A stretch of 63,122 nt of DNA, from contig JAGMDF010000109.1 of the NCBI GenBank assembly GCA_023128825.1, positions 1-63,122 on the forward strand, written 5' to 3'. This document shows positions 1 through 8,398 of the stretch, piece after piece (position 1 is the stretch's first letter; each line of letters opens with the position of its first letter). A program made the position numbers and the translations under genes. Source of the DNA: a candidate division WOR-3 bacterium (GTDB taxonomy: Bacteria; Hydrothermota; Tepidihabitantia; B3-TA06). Below the pieces are notes generated by a model. The model did not search any database, was not told the origin of the DNA, and worked only from the letters and a program-made list of their open reading frames with translations.

Positions 1-2
1 TG

Positions 3-83
3 CGCATAACCATCGGTACACCCCAGCAGAACAAGCGCCTGATCGCATCCTTGGAAGAAATCCTGAAAGGCAGAGACCCGTAA
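3..83 (+). CDS. 3' end of an aminotransferase gene (HisC-like C-terminus); 5' part lies outside the window
   Basis: Frame 3 reads RITIGTPQQNKRLIASLEEILKGRDP*. An R-I-T/S-I-G-T-x-x-x-N ending is typical of histidinol-phosphate and class I/II aminotransferases. The TAA stop is at 81-83. Confidence 0.45.
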   Translation, partial: RITIGTPQQNKRLIASLEEILKGRDP

Positions 84-186
84 CACGCCGTAACACACCG
101 CAACACACCCGTAACACGCCGTAACACACCCGTAACACGCCCGTAACACACGCCGTAACACACCCGCAACACGCCCGCAACACGCC
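79..186 (+). repeat. R7 array: about 10 tandem degenerate units G(T/C)AACAC(G/A)CC(C), each 10-12 nt
   Basis: Read directly: gtaacacgcc gtaacacacc gcaacacaccc gtaacacgcc gtaacacaccc and so on. The first unit contains the upstream stop codon. Confidence 0.9.
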
Positions 187-304
187 ATACGGATACTCCA
201 GCAGCCTATGTGAAAATCCAAGATAGAAATTTACAGGATGGCAGTTTACTTTTCGAGACCTCCCCGAGTCTTTCGCCGGAAGGAAAAAAGAAGCCTTAAA
301 AAAA

Positions 305-328
305 GCCCTGCCTTTGGGCAGGGTTTTC
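305..328. terminator. Rho-independent-type hairpin, possibly bidirectional
   Basis: Stem ccctgcc/ggcaggg (306-312 with 317-323), loop tttg, an A-run upstream and TTTT downstream. It lies between convergent genes. Confidence 0.55.
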
Positions 329-354
329 AGACCATGGGAGGAGTGCAAAAAGCC

Positions 355-415
355 CCCCAAAATGACCAGCTTTTGACCAGCTTTTTGGTGACGAGTGCCA
401 CTCAAACCTAACGAG
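355..415 (+). repeat. R8 short copy: ccccaaaat + 2 x (T)TTTGACCAGC + gtgacgagtgccactcaaacctaacgag
   Basis: Near-identical blocks recur at 46077-46182. Confidence 0.75.
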
Positions 416-452
416 TTGGCGCCTCGCTTGTTTTTGTTCTCTACGGTTAGTT

Positions 453-851
453 TCAGATAACCTCACCGCACATCTCACCTCCACCAACACCAGTTGAGTG
501 CTCCAACCACTCAAGGGCCACATGCTTCTGAGAGAAGAACTGGGCATCCGCATACCTCCCCAGGTACTCCATAAGTATGATACCCACCATCTTTGTCTCG
601 GGTCTGCTGCATATAAGAGCCACTCTCTCTACCCCTGCCCTGCGAAGCTGCCCGAGGAGTTGGGAGCGTAGCTCCTCGTCCGGAAAGGATTCAATCTCCG
701 AGAGATCAATGACCGCTTTGTGTAGGACATGGCCTTTGATAAAACTCTGGCAACGCTCACACAACTCGTTGACATTTGAAGCGCTACAGTAACCTACGAA
801 ACGAACCCAAAGGGTCTGCTTTGCATCGTCGAGCCATGCGTCGTGCTTCAT
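453..851 (-). CDS. hypothetical protein, possibly STAS/SpoIIAA-like fold
   Basis: 132-aa ORF in an ORF-free context downstream of the two-component genes. The weak pattern (VRFVG..., VIDLSEI, RVALI) resembles STAS-type modules. No catalytic motif seen. Confidence 0.6.
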   Translation of the reverse strand: MKHDAWLDDAKQTLWVRFVGYCSASNVNELCERCQSFIKGHVLHKAVIDLSEIESFPDEELRSQLLGQLRRAGVERVALICSRPETKMVGIILMEYLGRYADAQFFSQKHVALEWLEHSTGVGGGEMCGEVI

Positions 852-1158
852 ATTAGAATCTCACGAAATGGCCGCCCGGCGAACTCGCCAAATACCCCAG
901 GCGCCGTAAAGATCATACACACCGGGCGACAGTTACTCGCAATACCAAAAAAACGACCTCTTACACATATCCTCTCCGGAATCATGCATGTATTTTGCGT
1001 TAAATTAGCCCAGGGTCAATCGGACAGATGCCCTACCCTCACAACTAAGCAAAAAACCTTAGTGAACATTGGTGGTCAACTATGCCATGTGGGGAATGAA
1101 AGGCACCTCTATGGTTTAGTTGAACTTATCCGCTCACAACCCGTCAAATCGAACAGGC

Positions 1159-1806
1159 CTAGACGATCCCCTTGGCAACGGCATACCGGGTCAGTTCAGC
1201 CGTAGAGTGAACACCCAGCTTTTCCATGATGTGAGCGCGGTGCGTCTGGACCGTTTTAAAGCTGATCTTGAGAATCTCCGAGATCTGTCGGCTCGTATAT
1301 CCGTCTGCTATGAGCTTGAGAATCTGGCGTTCCCTTGCCGTAAGCTTGGCAGGACCATGACGAGAGGAACGAGTAGGACTCTCCTGGAGCTGGCGACGCA
1401 GCTTCTCCGATACCGAGGGTGAAAGGAAGGTAGATCCATGGTAAACGCTGCGCACAGCAGCAACGAGGTCGGATACAACCACATCCTTGAGTATGTAGCC
1501 CGATACCCCTACCTTGAAGGAATCTATGATATACTCCTCGTCATCGTACATGGAAAGGATAAGTATACGGGTTTCGGGAAGCTTCTCACGGATCTTGCGG
1601 GCCACCTCCACACCGGAAAGCAGGGGCAGGGCCATATCAAGAATCACCACGTCCGGTGCGTGATCTATGCAAGCCTGGACGCCCTTGAGACCGTCTTCCG
1701 CTTCTCCTACCACCTCTATGTCTTGCTCCTGCTCAAGCAGGGCGCGGATACCCTTGCGAACGACGGTATGATCGTCAACCAAGATGACCCTAATATTTTC
1801 TGCCAT
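1159..1806 (-). CDS. NarL/FixJ-family response regulator (REC + LuxR-type HTH)
   Basis: The N-terminus has IRVILVDDH...DVVILDMALP, and the C-terminus has LTARERQILKLIADGYTSRQISEILKISFKTVQTHRAHIMEKLG. The start overlaps the kinase stop (TAATG). Confidence 0.95.
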   Translation of the reverse strand: MAENIRVILVDDHTVVRKGIRALLEQEQDIEVVGEAEDGLKGVQACIDHAPDVVILDMALPLLSGVEVARKIREKLPETRILILSMYDDEEYIIDSFKVGVSGYILKDVVVSDLVAAVRSVYHGSTFLSPSVSEKLRRQLQESPTRSSRHGPAKLTARERQILKLIADGYTSRQISEILKISFKTVQTHRAHIMEKLGVHSTAELTRYAVAKGIV

Positions 1807-4800
1807 TACTCCTCCATGGAGAGTTTATCCGAACTGCGAGGTATTTCAACCTCCACCAGCAATTGAGTTCCCCTGCCAGGAGACGAACTCAACTCAATCC
1901 TGCCTCCGATCAGAGCCACACGCTCGTGGATCGAACGCAACCCCAATCCGGTGGAGACAGACATAATCTTCTCTACATCAAAGCCCTTGCCGTCGTCCTC
2001 AACCCTTACACGAAGCACAGGTTCGGCATACTCGAACCTCACCGTAATCTCCTCCGGCTCGGCGTGCTTTAAGGCGTTTGCAACCGCCTCCTGAATGATT
2101 CGGTAAAGCATGATCTCGGTATCAGGATCGGCGCGCGGAAAATTATCATCACCCTGGATCACAAAACTAACACCGGTTCCTTCGGCTGCGGATCGAGCAA
2201 GGGCACGCACCGCAGCGGCAAGCCCCAGGTTGTCAAGCGCGGGTGGAAGCAGCTCGTAGGAGAGATCCCTTATGAAGTCCTGTGTCTCCTTAACCATCTT
2301 TTTGGCTTCAGTCAACCGTTCCTGCGCTTTCCGTTCACGCGTCAATTCGGGAGCAGAAAGGGTAAGCGAAACCCCTGTCAACAGCTGAGCGATCTCGTCG
2401 TGCAGCACCCTTGCGATGCGGCGACGCTCATCCTCCTCGGCCTTAACCAGACGCAGATTGAGTTCTGAGATGCGACGCTCTCGCTCCTGAAGATTCTCAT
2501 AAGACAAAGCAAGTTCCTTGGCCTTGCTTTCGGTAGCAAGTGCGGATGAAAGGATCTGTGAAGCGGTCCAGAACAGACGTATATCCTCAACGTTCCACTC
2601 GCGTTTGCGCCTTGCCTCGTCAAAACCGATGGCACCCCAGAAACGACCCTCTACAAAGATAGGCAAAACAAGAATGGCAAGTATTCGCTCGGCCTCGAAC
2701 ATCTCACGCTCACTGGCCGGCAGATCATCGGTAAGCCCGGGAATTGCCTCTCCCGTGGAAAGGGTTTTAAGCCATCGCTCGAATCCCTGATCATAGTAAA
2801 CCTTATCCATGCGGTCGTTATCCAGCCAGGAAGCCTCCTCGGAAACCCAACGATGGATACGCTTCATAAATGGGCGGGTGTTCTCCTTCTCGTGTGAGAA
2901 AAGGTATACCCGGCTGACCCCTGTGACCCTGCCCAGCCGTTCAAGGAACTCGCCAAGCGAGGAATCCGAAACCTCCTCACTTAAGAACAACGAGGATATC
3001 TCAAAAAGAACCTTTTCATATTCCATGCGTAAACGCAAGGCCCTCTCTGCCTCTTTACGTTCAGTTATATCACGGGCCACACCCTGAACGGCAAGGATAC
3101 GCCCCCCCTCGTCACGTATAAAGTTCCAACTCACCGCAAACCAATGGCTTCTCCCCCGGCTGTCATAGATCTCACAGTCAATGTCGTGAGCGGGCTTACC
3201 TTCACGCAGGGCCTTTGCAAACAGCGCTCCGAGCATCACAACGTCATCCGGGGCGATCGCCTTGAGAAACGCTTTCGGTTCTCTCAGGATATCCTCACGT
3301 TTGTACCCCATTTTTTCAACCGAGGGGGAACCGTAAAGAGGTTTACCAGATGGGGAAAGGAGGAATATGATATCAGAGGATGTCTCCACCAGGGTTCGGT
3401 AGCGCTGCTCGGAGCGAGCACGCGCCTCCTCTGCAACGCGCCGCTCCTGCTGCTCGAAGTAGCGGTCAATAACGGTGACTATCAAACGCACGGCCGTGCG
3501 GAAAGCCTCAATCTCGCTCTCCCTCCATCGCCGCTCTACCCGGCACTCCTCGACACCAATAAAGCCGTAGAAACCGCTGCGAAGATAAATAGGAGCAGCG
3601 ATCACCGAAAGCGCACCTTGATCTCGAAACACCCTGGAGTCAACTTCCGGAAGAGAAGAAACCAAAGAAGCTGTAATCTCGCCATTCTTAAGACGCTTGT
3701 GGATGTATCCAATCCTGGAATAGGGATATTCACTTCCCAGAAGGGTGTTGATTCCCTGACCCAGCCACTCATGCATCACATGCGCCCCAGGTTCCTCCTG
3801 GGCTGAGGGATGGACCCCTTCCCTCTGCTTAGAGACTTCATGGTTGGTAGCAAGACAGACCCTGCTTACGCCTAAAGCATTTCCGAGAATCTCAAGACAG
3901 GCTTGGATAAATGTATCCAGGTTTTCGATCTCAATCGCCCGGTTCATGATCTGGGCGAAGGCGGTCTGGTAGATAAGGCGGAGCCGCAACTCGTCCTCCA
4001 CCTTCTTGAGGTCGGTAATATCAGTTAACACACCCAGGGCGGCGTAGAGTTGTCCTTCAGCATCATAGATAGGCGCAGCATTCACAAGAACCTTTCTTGG
4101 AGTCCCGTTTTTGTGGATAAAGGTTGTTTCATAACGAGAGGTTTCTCCCTTCATACGTCGCCGGCTCTCGGAACGAATGAACTCAACCTCGTCAGACGGA
4201 ACAAGCTCAAGCAAACTTTTTCCCATGAGTTCTTCCTGACCATAACCCACGAGTTTTGTCATCTTCGGGTTAACGAAAAGAAATCTCTCGTCGGAATCCA
4301 CAAGACATATGCCCTCCTCTGCTGAGTTGACAAGGGTTCTGTAGAGTTCTTCGCGTTCACGCAGCGCCTCGGTGGCCAGCTTGCGCTCGGTGACGTCACG
4401 AATAAAGACGAGATCGGCGGGTTTGCCTTGATATGCAACTACCCCTGCGTTGAACTCTACATATATCTTGCTGCCGTTCTTGTGTCTGATTATTGTCTCG
4501 TATATTGGAGAAATATCCTCGCCCGCCATACGCCGCCTGTAACGCTCGTTCACCTTGGGAAGTTCTTCCGGGTCAATGTAGGTGGTAAAGGGAGTGTTGA
4601 GCATCTCCTCAACACTATAGCCCAACATCTGGGCCAGGCGTGGGTTGACATATTTGAGCAAGGTATCCTGTATAATTGTGATACCGTCATTGGCCCTCTC
4701 AACCAAGTTGCGGTATTTTTCCTCGCTCTCACGCAACGCCTCCTCAGCCAGTTTGTTCTCGGTGATGTTGGCATGAACCCCTACTATCCGAAGAGGTCTA

Positions 4801-7655
4801 CCCTCTTCGTCCCTTTCTATAACATTGGCTCGTGCCCACAGCCAGCAGGATTCTCCGTTCTTCTTAATCACACGGAACTCTATCCCCTCACCTTCTTTAT
4901 AGGGTTCCATAACTTCTCTTCCCTTTTTTAAGACTCGCTCACTGTCGTCAGGATGTATAAGATCAAACCACCAATCCTGGCTTACCGGCTTTTTACGAAC
5001 ATCATAACCAAGCATCTTGTAGTATTCCGGGCTTAAGAAAACCTCCCCCTTACGAACCTTCCAATCGAACATCCCCAGATTACCGGCCTCCATTGCAAAG
5101 TGAAGTCTCGCTTCACTCTCCCGCAGCGTTTCCTCGGCCCGTTTGCGTTCGGCGATGTCACGGATGAAAACAAGGACAGCCGGTCGGCCTTGATATTGAA
5201 TAATTCCGGCATTGAGCTCCGCGTCAAGCATCTGACCGTCACGCGCAAGGAGTTTCGTTTCGTAGACTGAGGGCACCTGCTGGCCTGCCATACGGCGGCT
5301 GTAACGATCCAGCATATCATCGCGGGACCCCGGAGCTACAGTGTGTTTGAACTCCATTCCAATAAGCTCATCTAAAGCATACCCCCCAAGATTAGCGACG
5401 GCTCGATTGGCAAACACAATGCGACCGTCCTGAATGATAACGATCCCGTCTATTGCCTGTTCAACGAAGGAACGGTACTTCTCTTCGGATTCGCTCAGTC
5501 GAGAAAATAGACTGCTGTTTACTGCCGCGTCGGCCACCTGGTTGGCGAAAAGACCGAACAGGTCAAGATCGTGCTCTCTAAAACCCTCTTCGCTCAAACG
5601 GACGAGCGTCATCACACCCCAAAGCTCTCCGTGAGCTACGAGCGGTGCAACCAAAAGGCATCTAGGCGTTTCCTCGACGCCCGGTATACGTATCGCACTA
5701 TCATCGAGGTGAACGTTATTGGCAAGGATCGGTTGACGCTCAAGTGCGGCCCTACCAGTGATCCCCTCACCCAAGACGATGTGGTAAGCGAGCCTCTTTT
5801 CACGGTCCTGGAGGACAGTGGTTGTTTTAGGAACGAGTTCTTCGGTCTGGGGATCGAATCGGTAGATGGTGCAGCCGTCGGCACCTATGAGTTCGGTGGC
5901 CCGCTGGGCTATCAGGCGGGCCACCTCCTTCTCATCCAAAGTGGCGGAAACCTGGGTACTGACCTCAAGCAATGTGCTGAGTTCCCGGCTGTGACGTTTA
6001 ATCCCCTCCTCGGCCCGCTTGCGCTCAAGAACGGTAGCAAACATCTCGGCCACCGTTTGGAAGAAAACGCGGTGGCTTTCGGGAATCTCCTTCGGTGTGC
6101 CGGCTACAAGGTGCATCACACCTAAAAGCCTGTCTCCTGTACCTAAGATAGGCCAGGTGATAAGGGAACGAATCCCCAGTTCCTCTAATCTCTGCTTGTG
6201 GGTCTTAAGTATCTCATGACCCCTTACATCCGGAGCGAAGATAGCCTGGCGTGTACGTGCAACGATGGAGGGTATATGTGTAGGGTTATCAATAGAGCGA
6301 GGCGAAGGCTTGCTTCTTGCCTTCCCTTCGTTCATACCGGTCGCCGCCACTGCTTCGAGAATTCGTTTGCCTTCATCGTAAAGGCGCACCGCGCCGAAAT
6401 CAAACCCCATGATGTCAACAAAACCTTCAATGACCCGCTGGCATAAGTCAGGTATATCCGTGGCATTAGCCGCTGCCTCTGCTATGGTGCGAAAGGCCTT
6501 ACGTTCACGCTCAAGTGTCTGCTCGGCCCGCCTGCGTTCGGTGATGTCCTCCACCATCCCAAGACCGTAAAGCCCTCCACCTGATGGGTCTCGAACTGTC
6601 GTGGCGGTCAAAAATCCCCAGATTATCTGGCCGTCTTTACGGATATAGCGTTTTTCTGTCTGATACCGGTCTTCTCTCTTATCTATCCGCCTCCCTTTAA
6701 TTAAATCAAGCTCTCTCTTGATATCGTCCGGATGTGTAATCTGATCCAACGTCATGCCCTGCAATTCTTCGGCGCTATAACCAAGCATCTCCTGAAGGGC
6801 ATGATTGGTTTGCAAAAGATTTTCATCCATATCCATTAACGCCATACCGATACCGGCACGCTCGAATATGGCACGAAAGCGAGATTCGCTCTCCCGCAGC
6901 GCCTCGGTGGCCTGCTTGCGTTTGGTGACGTCCATGGCTATCTCCAGCCGGACCATGCGGCCATCAACCCATCTGATCGCGCGATCCCGTATCTCACACC
7001 AGAATCCATTAATGGTATTCTGAAACTCCCACGCATAAACACCGGTCGGCTCGCCCTCGACGTCAAGCAGCTTGTCATTCGTACAAAAATCACAAGGTCC
7101 GCTCTGACCATGTTGCAGGACCTGCCAACAGGTTTTGCCTTCGATATTGCCGAAATAATTACGCATCTTCTGGTTCGCAAAAAGAATCTCGTAGGTTTTC
7201 ATATCCGCGACATAAACTCCAGAATCCAGGCTGTCCAACACGGTAAGGAATCTCTCATGGGACTCCCGCAGCGCCTCGACGCCACTAAGGTCAGCGGTTT
7301 TACCCTCCACAAGCACGACCCTGCTCACCTTTCCTTGCAGATCACGTATGGGATAGAAGGTAGTTACTACCTCAAGCAGACGACCGTCAGCACACCGGCG
7401 GCTTCGCTTTATACCCCTCAACTCCTGCCCTGAAAATACCTGACGAATCAAGCCCTCCTCCTCATCGCTCTCATCAGGGAGAAGGATGAGGTCAACGATC
7501 TTACGGCCCAGGGCATCCTCTTTCTTGTAGCCGTAGAGGCGCTCGGCGGCCTCGTTCCAAGCGACAACACCCCCTTCCACGTCGCATGAAAACGAGGCTG
7601 CCGGCAAGTGTTCAAAGATAGCCTTAAACAACTTTTCTGGCCCTAACTTATTCAC
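1806..7655 (-). CDS. 1,949-aa hybrid-free sensor histidine kinase with about 8 PAS and several GAF modules, and a HisKA_3 + HATPase_c output
   Basis: PAS-end junctions repeat (DVTKRK, DITERRRAE, DIAERKRAE, NITENKLAE, DVTERKLAT, DITDLK, DITERKEAE), each followed by LRESE-type linkers. The H-box is LHDEIAQLLTG, and the ATPase motifs are DDGKGF and GLGLRSIHERV. Confidence 0.95.
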   Translation of the reverse strand: MNKLGPEKLFKAIFEHLPAASFSCDVEGGVVAWNEAAERLYGYKKEDALGRKIVDLILLPDESDEEEGLIRQVFSGQELRGIKRSRRCADGRLLEVVTTFYPIRDLQGKVSRVVLVEGKTADLSGVEALRESHERFLTVLDSLDSGVYVADMKTYEILFANQKMRNYFGNIEGKTCWQVLQHGQSGPCDFCTNDKLLDVEGEPTGVYAWEFQNTINGFWCEIRDRAIRWVDGRMVRLEIAMDVTKRKQATEALRESESRFRAIFERAGIGMALMDMDENLLQTNHALQEMLGYSAEELQGMTLDQITHPDDIKRELDLIKGRRIDKREDRYQTEKRYIRKDGQIIWGFLTATTVRDPSGGGLYGLGMVEDITERRRAEQTLERERKAFRTIAEAAANATDIPDLCQRVIEGFVDIMGFDFGAVRLYDEGKRILEAVAATGMNEGKARSKPSPRSIDNPTHIPSIVARTRQAIFAPDVRGHEILKTHKQRLEELGIRSLITWPILGTGDRLLGVMHLVAGTPKEIPESHRVFFQTVAEMFATVLERKRAEEGIKRHSRELSTLLEVSTQVSATLDEKEVARLIAQRATELIGADGCTIYRFDPQTEELVPKTTTVLQDREKRLAYHIVLGEGITGRAALERQPILANNVHLDDSAIRIPGVEETPRCLLVAPLVAHGELWGVMTLVRLSEEGFREHDLDLFGLFANQVADAAVNSSLFSRLSESEEKYRSFVEQAIDGIVIIQDGRIVFANRAVANLGGYALDELIGMEFKHTVAPGSRDDMLDRYSRRMAGQQVPSVYETKLLARDGQMLDAELNAGIIQYQGRPAVLVFIRDIAERKRAEETLRESEARLHFAMEAGNLGMFDWKVRKGEVFLSPEYYKMLGYDVRKKPVSQDWWFDLIHPDDSERVLKKGREVMEPYKEGEGIEFRVIKKNGESCWLWARANVIERDEEGRPLRIVGVHANITENKLAEEALRESEEKYRNLVERANDGITIIQDTLLKYVNPRLAQMLGYSVEEMLNTPFTTYIDPEELPKVNERYRRRMAGEDISPIYETIIRHKNGSKIYVEFNAGVVAYQGKPADLVFIRDVTERKLATEALREREELYRTLVNSAEEGICLVDSDERFLFVNPKMTKLVGYGQEELMGKSLLELVPSDEVEFIRSESRRRMKGETSRYETTFIHKNGTPRKVLVNAAPIYDAEGQLYAALGVLTDITDLKKVEDELRLRLIYQTAFAQIMNRAIEIENLDTFIQACLEILGNALGVSRVCLATNHEVSKQREGVHPSAQEEPGAHVMHEWLGQGINTLLGSEYPYSRIGYIHKRLKNGEITASLVSSLPEVDSRVFRDQGALSVIAAPIYLRSGFYGFIGVEECRVERRWRESEIEAFRTAVRLIVTVIDRYFEQQERRVAEEARARSEQRYRTLVETSSDIIFLLSPSGKPLYGSPSVEKMGYKREDILREPKAFLKAIAPDDVVMLGALFAKALREGKPAHDIDCEIYDSRGRSHWFAVSWNFIRDEGGRILAVQGVARDITERKEAERALRLRMEYEKVLFEISSLFLSEEVSDSSLGEFLERLGRVTGVSRVYLFSHEKENTRPFMKRIHRWVSEEASWLDNDRMDKVYYDQGFERWLKTLSTGEAIPGLTDDLPASEREMFEAERILAILVLPIFVEGRFWGAIGFDEARRKREWNVEDIRLFWTASQILSSALATESKAKELALSYENLQERERRISELNLRLVKAEEDERRRIARVLHDEIAQLLTGVSLTLSAPELTRERKAQERLTEAKKMVKETQDFIRDLSYELLPPALDNLGLAAAVRALARSAAEGTGVSFVIQGDDNFPRADPDTEIMLYRIIQEAVANALKHAEPEEITVRFEYAEPVLRVRVEDDGKGFDVEKIMSVSTGLGLRSIHERVALIGGRIELSSSPGRGTQLLVEVEIPRSSDKLSMEE

Positions 7656-7807
7656 GTCGGTTCTCTCATTAACGTTAACATAATAAGTATCCTGGGCTTT
7701 GAGTCAAGGGGAGAAGATGCTCCTTTTTCGCTACGCGAAAAAGCTCGCAGAGAAAAGACTGGCCAGCCAAGCTTTGCATGTGGTTTCTATCGGTATCGTT
7801 CCGTCGT

Positions 7808-7842
7808 GGTCCCCGCAAAGTTAGTCTCTAACTTTGTGGGGT
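7808..7842 (+). repeat. R1 hairpin copy (GGTCCCCGC-aaagttag tct ctaacttt-GTGGGGT)
   Basis: 14-bp stem with one G-T pair and a 3-nt loop. It has the same conserved ends as the units at 28268-28396. Confidence 0.8.
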
Positions 7843-7850
7843 GAGGACGC

Positions 7851-7879
7851 TTGACTTCGAACGGGTAATAAGGTAAAAT
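7851..7879 (+). promoter_or_regulatory. sigma70-like promoter (TTGACT-N17-TAAAAT)
   Basis: -35 at 7851-7856 and -10 at 7874-7879. The ATG at 7889 is only 9 nt downstream, and there is no SD. Confidence 0.5.
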
Positions 7880-7888
7880 CCAGACGAG

Positions 7889-8398
7889 ATGCATGATTTT
7901 CCAAAACCCGGTATAGTAGCGAAGCGCTGTTTTATAGCAGCGGGTGCCCACCTTATAGGTCAAGTCGAGCTGGGCGAGTTTTCCAGCGTATGGTACAACG
8001 CGGTGCTGCGCGGGGACATCAACTACATCAAGATCGGGCGTGAAACGAACATCCAGGATAACTGCGTTCTGCACGTTACCCATGAACTGCCTGTGATCAT
8101 AGGTGACCGCGTAACGGTGGGACACGGTGCCGTCGTTCACGGCTGCGAGATAGCCGATGACTGTCTTATCGGCATGGGCGCTATCATATTGGACGGTGCA
8201 AAGATCGGAAAAGGCTCGGTGATTGCGGCCGGTGCCGTGGTACGCGAAAGGATGGAGGTTCCACCGCACAGCCTGGTGGTGGGTATTCCAGGGACCATCA
8301 AACGCACGCTTGATCCGTCTACTATAGAGATGATTCGCGAGGCAGGGCGCTCCTACGTGGAGCTTACCAAAGAGCACCTGGCCAACACTCTAAGATGA
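7889..8398 (+). CDS. gamma-class carbonic anhydrase / hexapeptide-repeat (LbH) family protein
   Basis: SVWYNAVLRGDINYIKIGRETNIQDNCVLH...VGHGAVVHGCEI...IGMGAIILDGAKIG matches the YrdA/PaaY-type left-handed beta-helix pattern. Confidence 0.9.
   Translation: MHDFPKPGIVAKRCFIAAGAHLIGQVELGEFSSVWYNAVLRGDINYIKIGRETNIQDNCVLHVTHELPVIIGDRVTVGHGAVVHGCEIADDCLIGMGAIILDGAKIGKGSVIAAGAVVRERMEVPPHSLVVGIPGTIKRTLDPSTIEMIREAGRSYVELTKEHLANTLR

Noticed and set aside
3144-6125. Plus-strand ORFs inside the kinase gene (for example 3144-3806 at 220 aa and 5571-6125 at 184 aa).
   Set aside because: They lie entirely antisense to a 1,949-aa ORF with clear PAS/GAF/HK motifs. Their translations are low-complexity with no motifs.
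7816-7838. The palindrome CAAAGTTAG-TCT-CTAACTTTG as a DtxR-type operator.
   Set aside because: It carries the R1 family clamps (GGTCCCC...GGGGT), so it is more simply an R1 member. Only the shared half-site is kept as a low-weight note.
7787-8377. 196-aa minus-strand ORF.
   Set aside because: It is antisense to the well-supported hexapeptide-repeat gene, and its 5' end runs through the promoter and R1 hairpin.
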